From an uncultured Mycoplasmatota bacterium (GTDB taxonomy: Bacteria; Bacillota_I; Bacilli_A; RF39; UBA660): a stretch of 64,000 bases of DNA. Positions 1 to 9,365 of this stretch are shown here, one piece after another; position 1 is the stretch's first letter, and each line of letters begins with the position of its first letter. The stretch spans positions 5,983 to 69,982 of the forward strand of contig CAMIXH010000001.1 in assembly GCA_946402735.1 (NCBI GenBank), given 5' to 3'. A program made the position numbers and the translations under genes. The notes below the pieces were generated by a model. The model worked only from the letters and a program-made list of their open reading frames with translations, did no database searches and was not told the DNA's origin.

Positions 1-738
1 CTAAACGAAGAAAGAGTAATTGTTAGTGATGTAGCTGGTACTACAAGAGATGCTATAGATACTAAATTTGTTTATAATAAAGAAGAATATACATTAATAG
101 ATACAGCTGGTCTTCGTAAAAAAGGTAAGATTTTTGAAGCGGTTGAAAAATATAGTTTACTTAGAAGTATGAAAGCTATTGATAGAAGTGATGTATGTTT
201 ACTTGTACTTGATGCTACTACTGGTATTGTAGAACATGATAAGCATATAGCAGGTTATGCACTTGAAGCAGGTAAACCTACTGTGATAGTTGTAAATAAA
301 TGGGATACTATTGAAGATAAAGATGAAGATATGAAGAAGTGGAAAAAAGATATAGCGAATAATTTCCAATTCATGGACTTTGCTAAAGTAGTATTCTTAA
401 GTGCACAAACTAAGAAAAGAATTCATACTTTAATGCCTGAAGTATTAGAGTCATATAATAATTCAATCAAAGAAGTTAAAACAAGTGTTATAAATGATAT
501 CATTAGAGATGCATTTATGGAAACACCACCAGCTTCATATAAAGGAAAGAAATTAAAAGTATACTTTGCTCATCAAGCTGGTATTAAACCACCAAGATTT
601 GATATAGAAGTTAACTCTAAAGGATTAGTTCATTTCTCATATTATAGATATTTAGAAAATAAGATAAGAGAAAACATTGATCTTAGTGGTACACCAATAG
701 TAATTCAATTTAAAAATAAAGGTGAAAAAGAATTATAA
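1..738 (+). CDS. der: Ribosome biogenesis GTPase Der/EngA, 5'-truncated by the window edge
   Basis: Frame 1 is open from base 1 (LNEERVIVSDVAGTTRDAID...DTAG...NKWD); second G domain plus KH-like C-terminus (PP.F...Y.RYLEN..R). Confidence 0.95.
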   Translation, partial: LNEERVIVSDVAGTTRDAIDTKFVYNKEEYTLIDTAGLRKKGKIFEAVEKYSLLRSMKAIDRSDVCLLVLDATTGIVEHDKHIAGYALEAGKPTVIVVNKWDTIEDKDEDMKKWKKDIANNFQFMDFAKVVFLSAQTKKRIHTLMPEVLESYNNSIKEVKTSVINDIIRDAFMETPPASYKGKKLKVYFAHQAGIKPPRFDIEVNSKGLVHFSYYRYLENKIRENIDLSGTPIVIQFKNKGEKEL

Positions 739-751
739 AAGGAGAATAAAA

Positions 752-1141
752 ATGGATTATAATCAATATAATAATAATGACTATAATAATTTATATGATG
801 GAAACAATAATCAACAAAGAAGAATAAAAGAAGGAAGTCTTATTTGGGGAGTACTTGGTTTCATGTTTCCAATGCTAGGATTAATACTATATTTAGTTTG
901 GAAAGATAGTAAACCAGGAGATGCTAAAATAGCAGGTAAGGGTGCGCTTATATGCGTATTTGTAGAAATGGGTATTTCTTTAATAGCAGTATTATTCTTT
1001 GGAGCATCATGGGGCCAAGCACAAGATAGTATTGTTAATAACACTTGTAAAACATATGGTGAAACATATGAATCAGTTAAAAAAGATGGAAAATGGTATT
1101 GCCAAGATACAGTTAGTGGAGAAACAATTATGTTAGAATAA
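752..1141 (+). CDS. Small membrane protein
   Basis: RBS AAGGAG before ATG 752; N-rich N-terminus and two hydrophobic helices (WGVLGFMFPMLGLILYLVWKD..PGDAK.AGKGALI). Confidence 0.7.
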   Translation: MDYNQYNNNDYNNLYDGNNNQQRRIKEGSLIWGVLGFMFPMLGLILYLVWKDSKPGDAKIAGKGALICVFVEMGISLIAVLFFGASWGQAQDSIVNNTCKTYGETYESVKKDGKWYCQDTVSGETIMLE

Positions 1142-1201
1142 TCAAGCGGTTGCTTGATTTTTTATTGTCCTTTAGTATATACTTTTATTAGAGGAACCAA
1201 T

Positions 1202-1759
1202 ATGAAAAAAAGTATTAAATATTTAATAATAAGTATACTTGTATTATTAGTTATAACTTTTACAGTTAGTTATGCTTACTTTGCTCCAAACTTTATAAAT
1301 AATACAAAGGATACTAAAGTAAGTACTGGAGACTTAGATTTAAGTATTGATGATGAAAGCATTGATGCTGTTGAAATATCTCCAATATATGATGCAGATT
1401 ATGAATTATTAGGAATTCATAAAAGTTTCACAGTAATATCTAATAGTTCACTTAATTCATGTGTTAATTTATATATTAATGTTAGTGAAATATCTGATGA
1501 ATTAAAAAGTGAATACTTTAAATACAAATTATTATATGATGGAAAAGAAATAGATGGTAATTTCTTAACAGCTAATAGTAATGAAAAGATGTTAATAGAG
1601 AAGGGACTATTCTTGGAAAGCAAAAATGAAAAGAGTTTTGATTTATATATCTGGGTAAGTTACCAAGATGATGTAGATCAATTAAGTATGTTAAATGGAA
1701 AAATCAAATCAAATATATATGTTGAAGGATTTGATTCTAAGAATAATACATGTCAGTAA
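1202..1759 (+). CDS. Exported protein with SipW-type (TasA/camelysin-like) signal peptide
   Basis: MKK + hydrophobic stretch + TVSYAYF cleavage-type motif; C-terminal FDLYIWV. Confidence 0.6.
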   Translation: MKKSIKYLIISILVLLVITFTVSYAYFAPNFINNTKDTKVSTGDLDLSIDDESIDAVEISPIYDADYELLGIHKSFTVISNSSLNSCVNLYINVSEISDELKSEYFKYKLLYDGKEIDGNFLTANSNEKMLIEKGLFLESKNEKSFDLYIWVSYQDDVDQLSMLNGKIKSNIYVEGFDSKNNTCQ

Positions 1760-1961
1760 AAAAGCATATTTTATATAAAAATTAATATGTTTTTTTATTG
1801 AAAAAATAATATTGTAAATAATAAAATAAAAATGTATTGACATTCATAATAATTAATGATAAAATCAAGTAGATTTCGGGTTTTCACACGTGTGAAAACC
1901 TTAAAAAATGAGGGTTACGATACACCTGGAAATGTGTATTAAGAAAGGAGAAAATAATTGT

Positions 1962-2375
1962 ATGGCTACAGTTAATCAAAAAGTAAGAAAAGGTAGAAAA
2001 GAAAAAGTAAAGAAATCTAAGAGCCCAGCATTAAATGTTGGTTACAATTCAAAAGATAAAGTGAGAACAAATAACTCATCACCACAAAAACGTGGAGTTT
2101 GTACTCGTGTATCTACTAAGACTCCTAAAAAACCAAACTCAGCTTTAAGAAAAATCGCTAGAGTTAAGTTAAGTAACGGAATGGAAGTTACTTGCTATAT
2201 TGGTGGAGAAGGACATAACTTACAAGAACACAGCGTTGTATTAATTCGTGGTGGACGTGTTAAAGATTTAATCGGTGTTCGTTATCATATTGTACGTGGT
2301 ACTTTAGATACTGCTGGTATTGATAAGAGAAGACAAGGTAGAAGTAAATACGGAACTAAAAAACCTAAGAAATAA
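1962..2375 (+). CDS. rpsL: 30S ribosomal protein S12
   Basis: [30 protein letters not shown] motifs; Firmicute-type insertion; RBS AAGGAG. Confidence 0.98.
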   Translation: MATVNQKVRKGRKEKVKKSKSPALNVGYNSKDKVRTNNSSPQKRGVCTRVSTKTPKKPNSALRKIARVKLSNGMEVTCYIGGEGHNLQEHSVVLIRGGRVKDLIGVRYHIVRGTLDTAGIDKRRQGRSKYGTKKPKK

Positions 2376-2406
2376 TAAATAAACTTTAGAAAGGAGAATA
2401 ATAAAC

Positions 2407-2874
2407 ATGCGTAAGAGACAAGCAATAAAGAGAGATGTATTAGCAGATCCAATATATAATTCAAAAATGATTACTAAGTTAATCAATGGTATCATGCAAG
2501 ATGGTAAAAAAGGAACTGCACAAAAGATATTATATGGTGCACTTGATATAGTAAAAGAAAAGACTGGAAAAGATCCTATTGAAGTTCTAAACCAAGCATT
2601 TGAAAATATTAGACCAGCTTTAGAAATAAAAAGTAGAAGAATAGGTGGAAGCAACTATTCAGTACCAATGGAAGTTAGAGAGGATAGAGCAAACGCTTTA
2701 ACTTTAAGATGGTTAATACAATATGCTAAAAGTAGAAATGGAAAAGGAATGGCTGAAAATTTAGCCGCTGAAATCATCGATGCTTCTAATGGCGTTGGTG
2801 GAGCAGTTAAGAAACGTGAAGATACTCATAAGATGGCAGAAGCAAATAAAGCATATGCTCATTATAGATGGTAA
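2407..2874 (+). CDS. rpsG: 30S ribosomal protein S7
   Basis: [28 protein letters not shown]; position in str operon. Confidence 0.98.
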   Translation: MRKRQAIKRDVLADPIYNSKMITKLINGIMQDGKKGTAQKILYGALDIVKEKTGKDPIEVLNQAFENIRPALEIKSRRIGGSNYSVPMEVREDRANALTLRWLIQYAKSRNGKGMAENLAAEIIDASNGVGGAVKKREDTHKMAEANKAYAHYRW

Positions 2875-2889
2875 GAAGGGAGAGATATT

Positions 2890-4965
2890 ATGGCGCGTGA
2901 TGTGTCTATCGATAAAACACGTAATATAGGTATTATGGCTCACATTGATGCTGGTAAAACAACAACAACTGAGAGAATCTTATACCTAGGTGGAAATATC
3001 CATAAGATTGGTGAAACTCACGATGGTGAATCACAAATGGATTGGATGGACCAAGAAAAAGAAAGAGGTATAACAATTACTAGTGCTGCAACTACTGTAC
3101 ACTGGAAAGGTTATAGACTTAATATTATAGATACTCCAGGACACGTAGACTTCACAATTGAAGTTGCTCGTAGTTTAAGAGTTTTAGATGGTGCTATTGC
3201 ATTAATCGATGCTCAAGCTGGAGTAGAAACTCAAACTGAACAAGTTTGGAGACAAGCAAATGATTATAAAGTTCCAAGAATGATTTGCGCTAACAAGATG
3301 GAAAAAATAGGAGCAGATTTCTATTATTCAATGGATTCTATTCATAATAGACTTGCTAATAATGCTGAACCTATCATTTTACCAATCGGAGCAGAAGATC
3401 ATTATACTGGATATGTTGATTTAGTTACAATGAAAGCATATGAGTATGATGGAACTGAAGCACAAGAATTAAAAGAAATTGAAATTCCTGCTGATATGAA
3501 AGCAAAAGCAGAAGAATATAGAGGAAAATTAATCGAAGCTGTTGCTGATTATAGTGATGAATTAATGGAAAAATACCTAGAAGGTGAAGAAATTAGTGAA
3601 GAACTATTAAAGAAAGCAATTAGAACAGCTACTATCGATGTTAAATTCTTCCCAGTATTATGTGCTGATGCACTAGGAGATAAAGGAACTAGAACTTTAC
3701 TAGATGCTGTTTTAGATTATTTACCAGCTCCAACAGACATTGCTGCTGTTAAAGGTGTTGATATGAATGACAAAGAAGTTGAAAGAAAAGCTAGTGACAA
3801 TGAACCATTCGCAGCTTTAGCATTTAAAGTTATGAATGACCCATTTGTTGGAAACTTAACATTCTTCCGTGTATATTCTGGTGTATTAAAAAGTGGTAGT
3901 TACGTAATGAACTCAACTAACGGTGAAAAAGAAAGAATCGGACGTATTCTTCAAATGCATGCTAATCAAAGAAAAGAAATTCAAGAAGTATACGCTGGTG
4001 AAATTGCTGCTGCTGTAGGTCTTAAAGATACTACAACAGGAGATACTCTTTGTGATGAAAAAGCACAAGTTATTTTAGAAAAGATGGTATTCCCAGAACC
4101 AGTTATTGAACTTGCTATTGAACCTGCAAGTAAAGCTGATCAAGAAAAGATGAGTATCGCTCTTCAAAAACTTGCTAAAGAAGACCCATCATTTAGAGCA
4201 AAAACTGATCATGAAACTGGTCAAACTATTATCGCTGGTATGGGTGAACTTCACTTAGACGTTCTAGTAGATAGAATGAAAAGAGAATTCGGCGTTGAAG
4301 CTAATGTTGGTAAACCACAAGTTGCTTATAGAGAAACATTAAAACAAACTGCTGAATGTGAAGGTAAATACATTAAACAATCAGGTGGACGTGGACAATA
4401 CGGACATGTATGGGTTAAATTTGAACCTAATAAAGATAAAGGATATGAATTCGTTGATGAAGTTGTTGGTGGAGTTGTTCCTCGTGAATATATTCCAGTT
4501 GTAGACAAAGGACTTCAAGAAGCACTTGCTGGTGGTGTACTAGCAGGATATCCTATGATTGATGTTAAGTGTACATTATTTGATGGTTCATACCATGATG
4601 TAGACTCAAACGAAATGGCATTCAAGATTGCTGCTTCTATGGCTTTAAAAGAAGCTAAGAATAAATGTAATCCATGTATTCTAGAACCAATTATGAATGT
4701 TGAAGTAAGAGTTCCAGAAGAATTCATGGGAACTGTTATGGGAGACTTAACAGGAAGAAGAGGTAGACCTCTTGGAAATGAAAGTATCGGTAAAGATATT
4801 GCTATTAGAGCAATGGTACCACTTTCAGAAATGTTTGGTTATATGACTGTTCTTAGAAGTAACACTCAAGGACGTGGAACTTATCAAATGATCTTTGATC
4901 ATTATGAAGAAGTACCAAAGAGTATAGCTGAAGAAATTATTAAGAAAAATGGTGTACAACAATAA
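2890..4965 (+). CDS. fusA: Elongation factor G
   Basis: [45 protein letters not shown]; position in str operon. Confidence 0.98.
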   Translation: MARDVSIDKTRNIGIMAHIDAGKTTTTERILYLGGNIHKIGETHDGESQMDWMDQEKERGITITSAATTVHWKGYRLNIIDTPGHVDFTIEVARSLRVLDGAIALIDAQAGVETQTEQVWRQANDYKVPRMICANKMEKIGADFYYSMDSIHNRLANNAEPIILPIGAEDHYTGYVDLVTMKAYEYDGTEAQELKEIEIPADMKAKAEEYRGKLIEAVADYSDELMEKYLEGEEISEELLKKAIRTATIDVKFFPVLCADALGDKGTRTLLDAVLDYLPAPTDIAAVKGVDMNDKEVERKASDNEPFAALAFKVMNDPFVGNLTFFRVYSGVLKSGSYVMNSTNGEKERIGRILQMHANQRKEIQEVYAGEIAAAVGLKDTTTGDTLCDEKAQVILEKMVFPEPVIELAIEPASKADQEKMSIALQKLAKEDPSFRAKTDHETGQTIIAGMGELHLDVLVDRMKREFGVEANVGKPQVAYRETLKQTAECEGKYIKQSGGRGQYGHVWVKFEPNKDKGYEFVDEVVGGVVPREYIPVVDKGLQEALAGGVLAGYPMIDVKCTLFDGSYHDVDSNEMAFKIAASMALKEAKNKCNPCILEPIMNVEVRVPEEFMGTVMGDLTGRRGRPLGNESIGKDIAIRAMVPLSEMFGYMTVLRSNTQGRGTYQMIFDHYEEVPKSIAEEIIKKNGVQQ

Positions 4966-5062
4966 AAGTATACTAGTGTTGCCAAGTTAATTATCAACTA
5001 CTTGATTTCTTATCAAGTATTAGATAAAATATATTTATATTGAAAAAAAGGAGGAAAATAAA

Positions 5063-6232
5063 ATGGCAAAACAAAAATTCGATCGTTCTAAAGAACATGT
5101 TAATATTGGTACTATTGGACACGTTGACCATGGTAAAACAACATTAACAGCTGCAATTACTAAATATTTTGGAGAATTCATGGCTTATGATCAAATCGAT
5201 AAAGCTCCAGAAGAAAGAGAAAGAGGTATTACTATTAATACTGCTCATGTTGAGTATACTACTGACAAACGTCACTATGCTCACGTTGACTGTCCAGGAC
5301 ACGCTGACTATGTTAAAAACATGATCACTGGTGCTGCTCAAATGGATGGTGCTATTCTTGTAGTTAGTGCTACAGATGGACCAATGCCTCAAACTCGTGA
5401 ACACATCTTATTATCACGTCAAGTTGGTGTACCAAAAATGGTTGTATTTATCAATAAGTGTGATATGGTTGATGATGCTGAACTTCTAGACTTAGTTGAA
5501 ATGGAAGTTAGAGAATTATTAAATGAATACGGTTTTGATGGAGATAACACTCCAATTATTCGTGGATCAGCTCTTAAAGCTCTTGAGGGTGATGAAAAAT
5601 GGGTACAACCAATTAAAGACCTTATGGCTGCTGTTGATACATGGATTGATACTCCTAAGAGAGATAATGATAAACCATTCTTAATGAGTATCGAAGATGT
5701 ATTTACTATCACAGGACGTGGAACTGTTGTTACAGGTCGTGTTGAAAGAGGTAAATTAAATCTTAATGATGAAGTTGAAATCGTTGGTATTAGACCTACA
5801 AGAAAGACTGTAGTTACAGGAATTGAAATGTTCAGAAAATCATTAGATTATGCTGAAGCTGGAGATAATGCTGGAGTTTTACTTCGTGGTATTAACAGAG
5901 AAGATGTTGAAAGAGGACAAATCTTATGTAAACCAGGAAGTGTTACACCACATAAGAAATTTAAAGCTAGCGTTTACGTTCTTTCTAAAGAAGAAGGTGG
6001 ACGTCATACTCCATTCTTTAGTAACTATAGACCTCAATTCTACTTTAGAACAACTGATGTTACTGGTGTAATTACATTACCAGAAGGTACTGAAATGGTT
6101 ATGCCTGGTGACAACGTTGATATGACTGTTGAATTAATCACTCCAATCGCAATTGAAAACGGAACTAAGTTCTCAATTCGTGAAGGTGGTAGAACAGTTG
6201 GTGCTGGAGTAGTTTCAGAGATTATTGAATAA
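5063..6232 (+). CDS. tuf: Elongation factor Tu
   Basis: [41 protein letters not shown]. Confidence 0.99.
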   Translation: MAKQKFDRSKEHVNIGTIGHVDHGKTTLTAAITKYFGEFMAYDQIDKAPEERERGITINTAHVEYTTDKRHYAHVDCPGHADYVKNMITGAAQMDGAILVVSATDGPMPQTREHILLSRQVGVPKMVVFINKCDMVDDAELLDLVEMEVRELLNEYGFDGDNTPIIRGSALKALEGDEKWVQPIKDLMAAVDTWIDTPKRDNDKPFLMSIEDVFTITGRGTVVTGRVERGKLNLNDEVEIVGIRPTRKTVVTGIEMFRKSLDYAEAGDNAGVLLRGINREDVERGQILCKPGSVTPHKKFKASVYVLSKEEGGRHTPFFSNYRPQFYFRTTDVTGVITLPEGTEMVMPGDNVDMTVELITPIAIENGTKFSIREGGRTVGAGVVSEIIE

Positions 6233-6247
6233 TTAAAGAATAATGAG

Positions 6248-6270
6248 AGACTTTAGAAATAAAGTCTTTT
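6248..6270 (+). terminator. Intrinsic terminator after tuf
   Basis: AGACTTTA-gaaa-TAAAGTCT hairpin followed by T-tract. Confidence 0.6.
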
Positions 6271-6312
6271 ATTTTGCCCAAAAATTTATTATAATTATTA
6301 TGATGGTAAGGT

Positions 6313-7356
6313 ATGAAAAGTAGATATATTAAATTTTTCAAAAAAGAATTGGTATTTTTACTATTACTACTTATAGTAGTATTTATTTCGTTTGGAATAA
6401 CATATGCTAATTTCATATATAATTCAGATAATAAAAGAGCAGTTGAAATGTTTGCTAGTTCTTTAAGTTATAATATGAAAATAAATGATATTTATACAAG
6501 TAATATAAATGTTGCAAAAGGAAGTAGTATTATTGATTTAGAAATTGAATCAACTAATGAAGTAAGTTCATACTATAAATTATTAACTAATAGTAATGTA
6601 ACTGTTTATGCAATTGAAGGATTTGTTTCAGGAACTATTAGTTCTGGTGAGAAAACAAATATTAAACTATACATTGTTAATACTAGTGAAGAAGATAAGA
6701 ATGTTTCTTTTGTTGTGTCAATGGGATATATCACAAATACTTTAGATGATGTAATTATTAAAGATGGATATCATATGGTACAAAATATTAAGAATGAAAT
6801 AACATATGATAATAAAAAATGGGTTATTACTAAAATAAATGAAGATACAAGTATTGATCTAATTAGTAAAGATGTATTCAATGCTAAGATAAGTGGTTAT
6901 AATGCATATAATAATCTTAATGATTTATTAAATAGTAAATGTACTACAGGTAATTCTAAGAGTCTTACAGTAGGAGATGTTAAGGGAATTAATATATTAA
7001 CAGAAGGTGAATATACTAGTGTTAATAGATTAGCTTATTATCCAAGTAGTCTTATGGATGATGAAAATGTAGTTATATCAGATGGTACTATGTATAATGG
7101 ATATGGCTATACAAATAAAATGCTAGTAAGAAATAAATCACTTCTTGTTAATGTTAATGATGAATTATTAAATCAAAACAAATATTTATTAAATACACCA
7201 TATTATGAAGTTAAAAATGGTGAAATATTTTACTATGTAATTGAAATGGACAATGGAAAAGTAAACTTAAGAAAACTATATGATTCAAATAATACTAATT
7301 ATGAGATATCATCATCAGTTAGATGTAAAGTAACTATAAAAGATGTTGCTTTTTAG
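6313..7356 (+). CDS. Exported hypothetical protein, SipW-like signal
   Basis: N-terminal hydrophobic helix followed by GITYANF; 347 aa ORF. Confidence 0.6.
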   Translation: MKSRYIKFFKKELVFLLLLLIVVFISFGITYANFIYNSDNKRAVEMFASSLSYNMKINDIYTSNINVAKGSSIIDLEIESTNEVSSYYKLLTNSNVTVYAIEGFVSGTISSGEKTNIKLYIVNTSEEDKNVSFVVSMGYITNTLDDVIIKDGYHMVQNIKNEITYDNKKWVITKINEDTSIDLISKDVFNAKISGYNAYNNLNDLLNSKCTTGNSKSLTVGDVKGINILTEGEYTSVNRLAYYPSSLMDDENVVISDGTMYNGYGYTNKMLVRNKSLLVNVNDELLNQNKYLLNTPYYEVKNGEIFYYVIEMDNGKVNLRKLYDSNNTNYEISSSVRCKVTIKDVAF

Positions 7357-7367
7357 GAAGTGATTAT

Positions 7368-9338
7368 ATGATAATTGATATTTGTGATAGTCCAAATGTA
7401 TTAGAAGTAATGTATATAATTAATATAGTAATCACTATCATTAAAATAGCAGTACCAATACTTTTGATAGTGTCTTTAATGATTACTTTTGTAAAAGCTG
7501 TTTCAAGTAATGATAGTGATGCATTAGAAAAAGCTAAAAAGTCTTCTGTTGCGAAAGTAATAGCAGCTATATTAGTTTTTTTTATACCGACTTTTGTTAA
7601 TACAATTGTAACTGTAGTATCTCCAGAAAGCAATTATTCAAAATGTATAGCAGATATTTCAAAAGAAACTATAGCGCAAGCTTATAATAATGTTATGGAT
7701 TCATTGGTAACTAATTCTGAAGATAGTAAAACTTATAGTGATTATTCTTTAGCTTTAAGTTATCTTATTAATATAAAAGGCAAAGATAAAAAGGAAGAAT
7801 ATCAAAAAAGATTAGATGCTGTAAAAGAAGAAATAGAAGCATCAAGAAAACCACAAAATTTTAGTAGTGAATATTCAAAAGTAAATTATAAATCATTTAA
7901 ATGGACATATTATAAAGCAAATACTGGTCCATTAAAAGACTATGAAAGTAAATTTAATCCTTATGCAATATATGCTCCAGATAATGAGAGCGATTTAAAT
8001 GGAGTTAGTCTTCCACTTATTATATGGCTTCATGGATCTGGAGAAAAGAATGTAGGGGAAAAGGCATTTTTAAATAGTGGTTTATTAAAAGTTGTAAGTG
8101 ATTGGGATAATTATAAATTAGATCCAATACCTGCTATAATAGTGGCTCCTCAAGCAACACCAGGATGGTGGGGAGGATATGAATCAAATCATAAAACTAT
8201 TTATGCACTAGTAAAATATGTAAAAGAAAAATACAATATTGATTCAAGTAAAGTGGTTTTAATGGGTCACTCAATGGGTGCTCATGGTGTACTTGAATTA
8301 ACTTTAGAAATGAAGAGTTTAAATCTTTTTGCTGCTGTAACTATGAGTACTAGAAGAGAAGATTATGGTGGAAAAGATGGACAAGCATTTTATTCAAAAC
8401 TAAAAATGAGAGGTTATGGTGAAATAGCTAGTCATCAAAAATTCTATGATTGGATAGGTCAAAGTAAAAATTATACTTATTATAAAGGAGCATCTCATGG
8501 TGCTGTTCCAAAGATGGCTTTAACAGAAGATTTAAATAAAGATGGTGTTTCTGATTTAATGTATTTCTTGTTTGGTGATAATGCTTCGACAACACCAGTT
8601 AGTGAGCCAGAACAACAATCAACTCCAAGTACGCCATCTTCTCCAGGAGGTAATACACCAACAAATACTAAACCAACACCATTTGTTATTACTGATCATG
8701 TTAATATTGACGCTGTTAATAGAAAAATAGCTTCCGTTGTAAAATCTAATGGATTATATACAAGAGGAGCAGTAGTTGGAGTAGCTACTACATTAGTTAA
8801 TGAATTAAATGCTTCAAATTATTATATTCCTTATCAATTGGGAGGAATGTATCATAGAGGAAAAGCTTGGGGATTAAATCCTGAATGGGGAACTGTAATT
8901 GTTCATAATGACAAATATGTTTTATCTGGTCTAGATTGTAGAAACTTTGTTATTTGGGTATTTAAACAAGCGGGTTTATCACTTAAAAGAGGATTAATGT
9001 GGTGTGATGAAGGTATTATAAGTACAAGTGGAGATAATAGATATAGTGATATTAGTATGGGAAGACCAGGAGATACTATAGATGCTGCAGCTCATTTAAT
9101 GCTTATTATTAAAAATAATGGTTCATCATATACAGTTGCAGAATCTAATGGAGTAGGAAAGGTTAGAATATTTGATTGGACCTACGCTAAATTAAAGGCT
9201 GATGGATATCATGTATATAATATGGATGGTATTTATAATAATACTGCTAAATTATGCCCAATGAATGCATCTGATAGACCATATTCTGGATCATGCCATA
9301 TTCCAAAAAGTGAATTTCCTTCATATTATGGATTTTAA
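7368..9338 (+). CDS. Membrane-anchored alpha/beta-hydrolase (esterase) fused to NlpC/P60-like cysteine peptidase
   Basis: Two N-terminal TM helices; PLIIWLHGSGE and GHSMG nucleophile elbow; P/T/S linker; YQLGG...GLDCRNFVIWVFKQAG...PGD...H...AES. Confidence 0.7.
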   Translation: MIIDICDSPNVLEVMYIINIVITIIKIAVPILLIVSLMITFVKAVSSNDSDALEKAKKSSVAKVIAAILVFFIPTFVNTIVTVVSPESNYSKCIADISKETIAQAYNNVMDSLVTNSEDSKTYSDYSLALSYLINIKGKDKKEEYQKRLDAVKEEIEASRKPQNFSSEYSKVNYKSFKWTYYKANTGPLKDYESKFNPYAIYAPDNESDLNGVSLPLIIWLHGSGEKNVGEKAFLNSGLLKVVSDWDNYKLDPIPAIIVAPQATPGWWGGYESNHKTIYALVKYVKEKYNIDSSKVVLMGHSMGAHGVLELTLEMKSLNLFAAVTMSTRREDYGGKDGQAFYSKLKMRGYGEIASHQKFYDWIGQSKNYTYYKGASHGAVPKMALTEDLNKDGVSDLMYFLFGDNASTTPVSEPEQQSTPSTPSSPGGNTPTNTKPTPFVITDHVNIDAVNRKIASVVKSNGLYTRGAVVGVATTLVNELNASNYYIPYQLGGMYHRGKAWGLNPEWGTVIVHNDKYVLSGLDCRNFVIWVFKQAGLSLKRGLMWCDEGIISTSGDNRYSDISMGRPGDTIDAAAHLMLIIKNNGSSYTVAESNGVGKVRIFDWTYAKLKADGYHVYNMDGIYNNTAKLCPMNASDRPYSGSCHIPKSEFPSYYGF

Positions 9339-9365
9339 AAAAGACAACTATATAAGTTGTCTTTT
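9339..9365. terminator. Bidirectional intrinsic terminator between convergent genes
   Basis: AAAAGACAACT-atata-AGTTGTCTTTT perfect inverted repeat. Confidence 0.8.

Noticed and set aside
2304-6071. Antisense and alternate-frame ORFs over rpsG, fusA and tuf (and similar short ORFs across the window)
   Set aside because: Shadows of well-conserved genes, with no RBS or recognisable motifs
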